From Geosiphon pyriformis uo1 (taxonomy: Eukaryota > Fungi > Glomeromycota): a stretch of 64,000 nucleotides of DNA. The position numbers and the translations under genes were made by a program. Shown here piece after piece: positions 55,443 through 64,000 of this stretch (position 1 is the stretch's first letter; every line of letters begins with the position of its first letter). The notes beneath the pieces were generated by a model. That model had not been told where the DNA came from and did not search any database. It worked only from the letters and a program-made list of their open reading frames with translations. The stretch is from assembly GCA_016748015.1 (NCBI GenBank), contig JAAOMT010000572.1:62001-126000 (forward strand), given 5' to 3'.

Positions 55443-56797
55443 CAGAGTGGTATAAAAAGTATTGGACACTTTTATAATATGTTATATAAAAGAACTAACT
55501 TATGAATCATTAATTTTTTTTTATTATATTAAAATACATGTTAGTATTTTGTTTGACCCCCATTTGCTTCAAGAATAGCTTGAACTTAATGTGGCATAGA
55601 CTTGATTAAATTACAATAGTAATTTACAGGTATCGCATCCCATTCTTTCTTAACCCACTGTTTCAATTGTACAATATTTGAGGGTTGTGAATTACGTTGA
55701 TGAATTTTAACTTCAATATATGATCAAAGATTTTCTATTGGAGTAATATCAGGACTTTGTGCTGGCCAAGAAAGTAATTCAACATTTGAAGAGGCAAGAA
55801 AAGAACGTGCAACTTTTGATGTGTGAATTGGTGCATTGTCTTCCTGAAAAAAAAACTTTTTTTTAGTTTTTTTTGCATAAAGTTTTACCATAGGGATTGC
55901 ATAATTAGCCAAGGTTTCGTGGTGTATAACTCCAATAATATGACCAACCAAAGGAATTAAAGGACCCAAACCAACCCATGAAAAACATCCCCAAAACATG
56001 CGACCAAAGCTTTTTTTAACTGTAGCTGCAATACAATCCTTATGAAACTTTTCGGAAGGTTTATGCCATACACGTCCAAATCCTGTAGTCCTAAATTGTG
56101 TATATGTAGATTCATCTGACCAAACAACTTGTTTAAAATCTTCTACTGTCCAATTTTCATAAGTACAAGCCCATTGTAAACATTTTTCTTTATTTGATTT
56201 AGAAATTAATGGCTTAAAACAAGGAATGCACGAGCGAAGTCCTTCTTGAGCTAATCCATTTCGAATAGTTTGTATAGAAATAGATTTGTTGGTATCTTTA
56301 ATAAAATTCAATCGTATTTGAGAAAGAGTTTGGCAGCGGATTTTTTTATTCTCCATTATTGAATATTTGAGTTGTTTACGTGCGCATTTGTCAAGAATTT
56401 GTGGTCAGCCCATTCGTTTTTTAGGAAGTTTTTTTAGCTCATATGACTTCCATACACATATTACAGAAGAACGTGAACATCCAATAGTTGTTAAAATCTT
56501 ACTATTTGTATGTCCTAACTTTTTTGCTGAAATAATCTTTCCTTTTTGGTATTCAAAAAGTTTTTTTCTAAGACACATTTGATGCGGTAAATTTTTTCAT
56601 GACAAGAATATTTGATATTTTATAAATACGCGTATGATCCACTGTTGTGTTTTACAAGGACGCAATTTATGTTGATTTGTAGATTATAACTATAAGTAAT
56701 TATAAAAAAAATTATGGCTTAAATTGGTAATGGTATTACTATATATAGCCTTTTTTATATATTATATTAAGTGTCCAATACTTTTTATACCTCCCTG
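55443..56797 (-). mobile_element. Tc1-family DNA transposon, 1355 bp
   Basis: TIRs CAG(A/G)G(T/A)GGTATAAAAAGTATTGGACACTT; TA duplication (55441-2 / 56798-9). Confidence 0.95.
55541..56578 (-). pseudogene. Tc1 DD34E transposase (~345 codons, three in-frame stops, no frameshift)
   Basis: HTH, G*P (GRP) motif, VVWSDES, FQEDNAPIH, WPAQSPDITPIE with 34 residues between D and E. Confidence 0.93.
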
Positions 56798-57453
56798 TAT
56801 CTGTTGCATCTCCACCTAAGCCTTCAAAAACATTTAAAAGAGTTGCATCTGATGAATATTGTCTTCAGTTGATGAAATTGTATGAAAAAAAAGTGTTTCA
56901 ATATCTCACCCTGCTGCCTTTGGTGGCAAATCTTGGACCCAAGTGGTCACACTTGCTGGTTTTCTGGTGGTCTTTGTTCCAGTTCTGGTTTCGGTTCTAA
57001 TCTTCTTCTTTCTGGTGCCTTAAATTTAGACAGTAATTTTTCTCTTACTTTAACCAACACCCCCTCTTAGAATGCTCATTTGGCCACTTTGGAATGCTCC
57101 TTGGAGTTTTTAACAGATCAAGTGTCTGGTATATTGAAAAAGTTAAGTAGCATGAAACTGAAATCTATGGCAACTCTTTCTAATGTTCCTCTTCTGACCA
57201 CTTCCATCTCTCTGGTGCTGCATTTGGATGTGAATATGATTTTGGATAATATGACATTGACTTCTGCTCCTCCTCTCCCAGCTGTGAATGACATGGTTCA
57301 TAATTTTAGCTCAAGTTTTTCTAAGGTTCTGACCTCCAAAATGGGCAGATTGGAATCAAAAATGGTGGCTTTTGAGGTCTCAATTGGTTTGGTCTTGGAA
57401 AGGTTGGATCATTTATGTTCTGGTGCAGATTTTTCAGCTCTCCTTCTTTCTCA

Positions 57454-60400
57454 ATGAGTGAACTAGTCTGGAGGATTGCAATGTGTAACATCAGAGACAT
57501 GAACAATCCTGTAAAGCAGAAGGATATTGTGTATTGGCATATGGAATCTGGAAATATGATTTCAATTATTACTGAGACTAAGTTAAAGTCTGGTTGTAGA
57601 CCTTGGATTATGAACAAATTTGATGGTGTTAAAATTTTTTCATCTGGTTTGGACAAAGGGTTTTTTGGTGCTGAGGTGGCCATTATTATGAACAATTCTT
57701 TGGCCCATTATGTTTCTAAAGTTGAGGAGGTTTCTGGTCGGGTTATTTCAGTATGTCTTCTATTCAAAGATAAACTCTCAGTCACAGTCTTAGGTTTGTA
57801 TGCTGGTGCATCTTCTGGAACTAGGTTTGGCCAGGCTTTAGAAATCAACTCTTTTATTGTGAGGGCTCTAAACTCCAGCACTTTTGTGGTCTTAGATGGT
57901 AATTTCAATGAGGATAATTCTAGGAAGAGTGCAAGTTTTAGGTTTTGTTTAAATCTGGGTTTAGTCAACTCATTTGGTGCTCATCTGTTGGTCAGAGTTC
58001 CTACATGGAACAATTCAAGAGGCATCGAAAAAACAATTGATTACATTTTTGTCAGTGACAGTCTGTCTTCAGCAGTTGCTGGTCGGATTGTTACTTCTGT
58101 ATCTGATTACTTTGACACTGATCACAAGGCTGTAATGGTGTCTGTTGGTCTGGGAGAACTTTTAGATATTCAGTTAAATGGTTTGCACAAGCAAGCTAAT
58201 AAAGATCAATGGAAGTTCAAGATTGTGAATGCGGATGGCCCTAAATGGGCTTGTTTTAAAGAGTGTTCTTTAGTCAGATTTTCTGCTATGGCTAAGGACT
58301 TTTTGGTCACTAGTACTGGCAGAGATTTTGATTTTATGTAGTTTTTGTTAGTAAATATGTTGGTCAATTCAACTGATGAGATATTTTCTAGACATTGGTT
58401 TCGTGAAGTCAAATGTTCTTCCAATAAACAATCTTCTAAATTTTTTAAGTTGGAACTGCTGGTTGCTAAAGTTGTAAAGTCTCTTTAGTCTGATGATGCT
58501 TCTAGATCTAGTTTTTTTCTCAATGCTTGGTTGATTGTTAATGAAAGTAAGGCTTTTGCAGTTCAAAACATGTTAAGTAGTGGTGCCAGTAGTGCAAAAA
58601 TTTTTATTTGTCTGTCCAGATTTAGAAAAAGTTATCATTGTTCTAAGATGCACGAGGCTAAAGCTGCTGAATCTGCCACAATTAGGCATGCCATTGATAA
58701 GAGGATAGAGAATTTTTGCACGAACAAAGATGGCATGATTAGGAGTATTTTGGATAAATCTTTTTGCAAGGTGGTTCTTGACCATTTAGTGGTAGATGAT
58801 GAACTTGTCTTAGATCTTGGTAAAATCAAATCCAAAGTTGATGTGTTAATGAAAGAGTGGACCAGAAAGCAGTCAGCATCTACACCTCTCTCTGTTCCTT
58901 GGGCTTGTCAGTATGCCACTTTGCAATATGTGGATGATGATGCTTTTTCTGGTGTTATAGATGTTATTAGTTTTGATGAGCTTTCTCAGGTTGTCAAACA
59001 TTTGCTGGACAGGAAAGCAGCTGGTCTTAGTGGTATTTCTAATGAATTGTGGAAACACTGTGGTAAAAACATTCTTAGAAATTTATTAAACCTCCTGAAT
59101 TTGTGCTTAAGAGTGGGCAAAGTTCCAGCTTTATGGAGGAAGACATGGGTCTCTATGATATCTAAGTTTTATGATTGGAATAGTATCTTGATGAACACTT
59201 GCCCTATTGCTCTACTAGAGACTGCTCACAAAATCCTTTCTAAGATCCTCTCAGATCAAATTTTTCTTGCTTGCAGTAAGTTTGGAGTGTTGCATGGGGT
59301 TAATTTTTCTGTTCTTTATGGTATCTCTACACAGTCTCCCATTTTTGCTGTTGGCTCAGTTGTGAAAGATGTTTTAGAAAAAGACAGAGAAATTTGGTTG
59401 GTTTTGCAGAATATGTACAAGGCATATGATTTGGTCAGCTGGCATCATCTGGAGACTAGTTTGCGGCACATCAAAATGTGTGGCAGATTTATTAAGTTTT
59501 TTGGTGGGATTTACAATGACAGATCAAACCGTGTTATGACAGATTTTGGTCTTTTGGATGGTTACTGAGTACTAGATGGTCTTGATCAGAGTGAAGTGTT
59601 CTCTTCTCTCCTTTGGTAGATCTTTTATGACCCTTTGCTATGTAAAATTAAGAAACAAGAGAGCATATATAGCTATCAGATTGATACCAAGTTTGTGGCC
59701 AAATCAGGCAGGATAAACAATGTAAGTAGAATGTCTTTTTTCTTTGCAGCTGGTGTTTTTGTCGATAATACTATCTGAATTAGAAGTAGTCAAACTGCCA
59801 CACAATTTATATTGGACGTTGCCAGTAAGTTCTTTGCAATAAATGATATTTCAATTAATAATGACAAAATGGTGGCCATTCCTATCAACCAGAGAGTTCA
59901 AAATGCTGTTCTCAAAATTAGTGGATTGTCTATCTCAATCACTAATTATGGTGTGCCTTATAGATACTTGGGCATATTTTTGTTAACTGATGGTTTATCC
60001 AAGCTTAGCTTGGCTAAAGCCCAATCTGATGTCAAGTTTTTTTCCAAAATAATACTGCGTAAAGCTATTTTGGACAAACAATTCATGTATTTAGTATTGG
60101 CTGTTTTTCAGCCCATTGTTAGTTATCATACTCAATTTAGTTTTGTGTCCTCTGCTGTTTGTCAACACTAGGATGGGTTGATTAAAAAGGGCTTCAAGAC
60201 AAAAGCTGGTTTGTCTCAAGATTTCCCAAATGAGGTGCTCTATCATTCTTTGCTTTATGGTCTAAAGACATTTGAACAGATTCAAGCTGAGGGGAAATCT
60301 GCTTCTGTCATGAGTTTTTCTAATTCTTCTGGGATTGTTGGTCGGCTTTTTGAGCACCACTTTCTGGATTTACAGATTTTGGATTGGGCTTTTCTTAATC

Positions 60401-62137
60401 CTTTGCAATTTTCTGTTAGACTGCATGTTGTTCTTTCCAACAACTTTCTGGCCGGAATAGTGTGCATTCTTTTGATCAATAAGATTTCTATGATGAACAA
60501 TTTGCCTAGTGCTTTTCTCAGTCCTGACAAGTATCCTGTCTCTGGTGTCTTGGGGCCTTTTTTGTACTATGATCAGGTTAGTTCTTTGAAGAAATTTGGT
60601 GTGGCTTTCTGTGATAGACTTTTAGACAAACAAAGTAGAGTCCTGAATTGGTAGACATTCTAGCATTGAAAGAAACTGGATTCCAGAGGACCTGTACCTT
60701 CTTGGTTTATATTGGTGTCAAGATTTTTGCATGATAAGATTTTTCTGTCAACACCACCTGTTAGCAATTTTTTGGTGGATGTCAATAATGTTTTACTTTT
60801 GGATCAGTTTTTTGTTGTTAAAAATAGTCTGCTTGAGATCTGGTCAAGTTCTCTTTCTGTTTTTACAGATGGCTCTTTGAAAGGGTTTGGTTCTGTTGAT
60901 GTGACTGAAGGTGTTGCAGCATTCTTTTTTGAGATTGGGCTGGATTTTGGGGTTAGAGTTGTAGATCTATTGTCTTCTACAATGGCTGAGTTGCAGGCCA
61001 TTGCCTTGGCGCTGAAGTGTGTGCTTTTTTCTTGTTCAGTGAAGGTGTGTTTGGACAGCCAAGCTGCCTTGGATGCATGTGTTTCAGATTTGAGGTCAGG
61101 TGGCTCTGACTTTCATGATTGTTGCTGGATAGAGAGAAGGCATATTGCTAATTTAATTGTTCAAAAAAACATTTCTGTGAGCTAATTAAAGGTCAAAGAA
61201 CACTCTGGTGTACTAAACAATGTTCATACGGATGCATTGATGTGCATTTTTGCTCATTCCTCTCTATTTCTGCTGACTAACATATGTGAATGCTATTTAA
61301 TGGCCAATAACATGCCAATTTCTGGTAATATTTAACACTTTGTTCAGGACATTTTTAGATCTATGAACCAATTGTATTGGTATTGGTTCTAAGATTCTGG
61401 GTGGTTTTTTGATTTGTGACATTGACTGGGTTAGAACCATGGCCATTTGACATCTGAATTCAAGTATGCTTTCAGGTTTTATGAGTAGACATTCAGCTGA
61501 TTTGCACTCCTATTTTATGAAAGCAGTATATGACAGGCTGTCTGTCGCAGTTAGGAAAAGGCTTTATGACAAAAAATACCCTGGTGTTTTGTGTTTATAC
61601 TGTAGAGAAGTTGAGTTTTCCGATCATGTGTTTACTTGTAATAAGGAATCCATCTCCTGTAAGAAGATTCTGTTTGAGTGTGTGTCAACTTGGAGGTCTC
61701 TGACTGGTTTTCGTCTTCCAGTTCCTTCCGTGATCTCAGAATCTCTTCTCTTATGTGTGTTTGATGTCAGCTTGTATGCTCTTCTCTGTAAGAGCTTTGT
61801 GCTAGTAGGGTGGTATAAGGAAACTGTGCAGATTTTTGTTGATTGCAAAGAGGCTGCCTGGGTTCTGGTTAACTTTGTGCATAATGTGGGTGCATGTCAC
61901 CATTCTGAGTTGTGGGGGTTCAGGTTCAAGTTTAGAGCTAACATGGAGAAGGACAATCTGATGGGAGATTAAAGAGTGTTATTGCTAGTGAATAATGGCT
62001 CAGTACAAGATTTGTCAGATGGTGTGGTTAAGTTGATTGGTATTGATGATTCTTTTGGAGTGAGTTTTGGCTTCTGTAAGTCTTGGTTGTTTTTTTTTGG
62101 TTTGACTGATGCAGTTTCTGTTCATATAAGTGCTTAG
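57454..62137 (+). pseudogene. LINE C ORF2: APE - RT - RNase H - CCHC
   Basis: ORFs 57415-58341 (IAMCNIR, TETK, IDYIF, DTDH), 58531-59568, 59812-60171, 60712-61185 (FTDGS, AELQAI, LDSQAAL) and 61466-61972 (CLYCREVEFSDHVFTC). Confidence 0.93.
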
Positions 62138-62262
62138 TATTGCTTTAATTAGTCCGAATGACTAGTCACATATAGTAAATGCATGAATCATATTTAGCTG
62201 GAGTCCATAGTTTTGACTCTGTATACTAAGTAGTGATTGAATTGCACTCATTAAACTATAAT
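62134..62262 (+). other. Structured LINE 3' UTR (predicted four-way junction)
   Basis: Stems tagtc/gacta, cat(a)ta/tgcatg, aatca-tatttag/ctaagta-g-tgatt and ggagtc/gactct. Confidence 0.7.
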
Positions 62263-64000
62263 AAAAAAAAAGATTAACTTTAATTTTTGAAATAATTTTT
62301 AAATGTTTAAAGAAATAGTTATTATAAAAACTAACTAAAAATAAAGTAAAAAATAAAATTATTTTTAATTTATATTATATTTATTTTGATTATTTTTTGT
62401 GTAATTTTGTATTTGTTTTTATGAAATTGTTTTTTTAATTATAAAAAAATAATATAATTAATTTTTAAGTATTAAATATTTAGATTTAAAAATTATTTAA
62501 TAATAATTATTAGCTTTTAAGTTTTAAAAAATATTTTTTAAATTAACCAAAAAAAATTGTGTACTAATTTATAAAATTAAAAAATCAAAATTGGTTTTAA
62601 AATAGTAGTATTTAAATCTATTACTATGTGTAATTTTCTTTGAACTTTTATTATTAAGTCTTAACTTATATAATTTATTTCTTAAAATTTTATAGATGTA
62701 AAATAATCTATTTTATTTATAATTAAAATTTTTATTTTATTGTTTTTTCAGTTTTAATTCTATATAAAAGAACTTTATTTTTAATTTTAAATTTATTGAT
62801 AATAGATAATAATTTGTTGTTATGTTGTTTTTTTTGTTAAATTTAAAAATATTTTATATAAATAGCTGTAATTTAATTTAATTTTTTAAAATACTAAGAA
62901 GCATATAATTTCTTTATTAAAGTATTTTTTTTAAATTTTTTTCTGTAATTAGCTAAATTAAATAGGTTTTTACTGTAATATTAATTAATAATATTATTAT
63001 TTTTTTATAGATTAAATTAAATAATCTATATTTTATTGTTTTTTATTTTAATATTTAATATATTAGTAATACTAATAAAATAAAGATATTTTATTCTTGT
63101 TCAAAATTGGTTAAGATTTTGATTAATAATTTGCAAAGTATTTTATTAAAATATTTTACAAATCAATTTATTTATAGATAATAAAACAAAAATAAAAGTT
63201 TTTTAATATTAAATTGTTTACAAATTTTTTGTATTAAGTTGTTTATAAAATGTGTTTTTTAATTAGATAAAAGTTTAATTAAGTATTTATGTTTATAAAT
63301 AATGTCTTTGTAAATAAAATTTGCTATTAATTTTGTATTTACTTGTTAAATTGCTCTTGTTTCAGATTATTTTATAAGATAATCTATTATAATTACAATA
63401 TATCAATTTTTTTGAGTTACAATAAATAGTAGTTTGACTAAATTAATATCAAATTAATTAAAAAATTGTTTAATTTTGATTAGATTTAAAAGTTTTATAA
63501 AATGTGTTTTTTTTCTAATAACTATTATAAAACTTAATATATTAATAAATATTTTTTCTTATTTAAAACCAAAAATAATATTTTAATGTTTTTTGAATTA
63601 TGCTATTTTTTTGAAATATATTAATAAAAAATTTGAATGCATATTGTATAAAATAATTTTTTTTATGTTTTTAAATTACTCTAAATAAATTGTCTAAGTT
63701 TTTATAGTTTTAATAATAAATAATATTGTTGTATAAATAATATTGTTTTTATTAGTATTATAATTAATGTTTTTTATTTGAAAACCAAGTTTTTGGTATT
63801 ATAAGTATTTTCAAATATTGTTTAAAATTATTATAGTTTTTGGAATCTATTGTTGTTTTTGCCAATTATTATTATTAAATTAATGAATTTTTAAATTCTA
63901 ATCTTGTTTTATTTTAAAAAAACAATCAATATTTGTGTGTAATTTTTTTGGTTTGTAATATATAACATATTAATAATTTGTAAAAATTTAGATCATTAAA

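Larger units (their letters stand above)
34693..57457 (+). pseudogene. LINE C ORF1 in three pieces (34693-35591, 55115-55442, 56800-57457)
   Basis: Removing the inserts restores ...NSVH|VAKV... and ...CEKCRKLGYSALECDV|SVASP..., as in the other ORF1 copies. Confidence 0.88.
34571..62270 (+). mobile_element. Full-length L1-like LINE (copy C), ORF1 interrupted by a 19.5-kb LTR nest and a Tc1 element
   Basis: TSD AGATTAACTT (34561-34570 / 62271-62280) at a TTTT/AA site; 5' end aacttctttc as in copy A; 3' UTR and A-tail. Confidence 0.93.

Noticed and set aside
62281-64000. AT-rich tail as a specific element or gene
   Set aside because: No ORF, termini or homology that I can support by eye; left unassigned.

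Overview
The window is eukaryotic, AT-rich and made almost entirely of nested, decayed transposable elements. No host gene, tRNA/rRNA gene or CRISPR array is recognisable. The element types and composition suggest an early-diverging fungus, probably Glomeromycotina (inference only). Contents: (i) several copies of an L1-like LINE family, with ORF1 = RRM + CCHC knuckle and ORF2 = APE-RT-RNase H-CCHC; three are full length (2331-9113 +, 21301-28217 -, 34571-62270 +). (ii) A ~10-kb Ty3/gypsy LTR family whose single gag-pol ORF carries a multi-CxxC domain and a dUTPase between protease and RT, plus an extra ~235-aa ORF running into the 3' LTR. Two readable copies are nested antisense (35592-55110 -, 41431-51014 +), and two heavily AT-eroded relatives are nested the same way (~1487-33380 +, 10450-30462 -). 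(iii) A solo LTR (19627-20445). (iv) A Tc1 (DD34E) DNA transposon (55443-56797). Most insertion boundaries are fixed by visible target-site duplications. All polyprotein/transposase ORFs are broken, mostly by C>T/G>A-type stops. The most interesting signals are a covarying four-way-junction RNA structure in the LINE 3' UTR, the Ty3 accessory cargo (Cys-rich domain, dUTPase, ORF3), an ATGA stop/start overlap between the LINE ORFs, and a RIP-like erosion gradient. All alignments and folds were done by eye.
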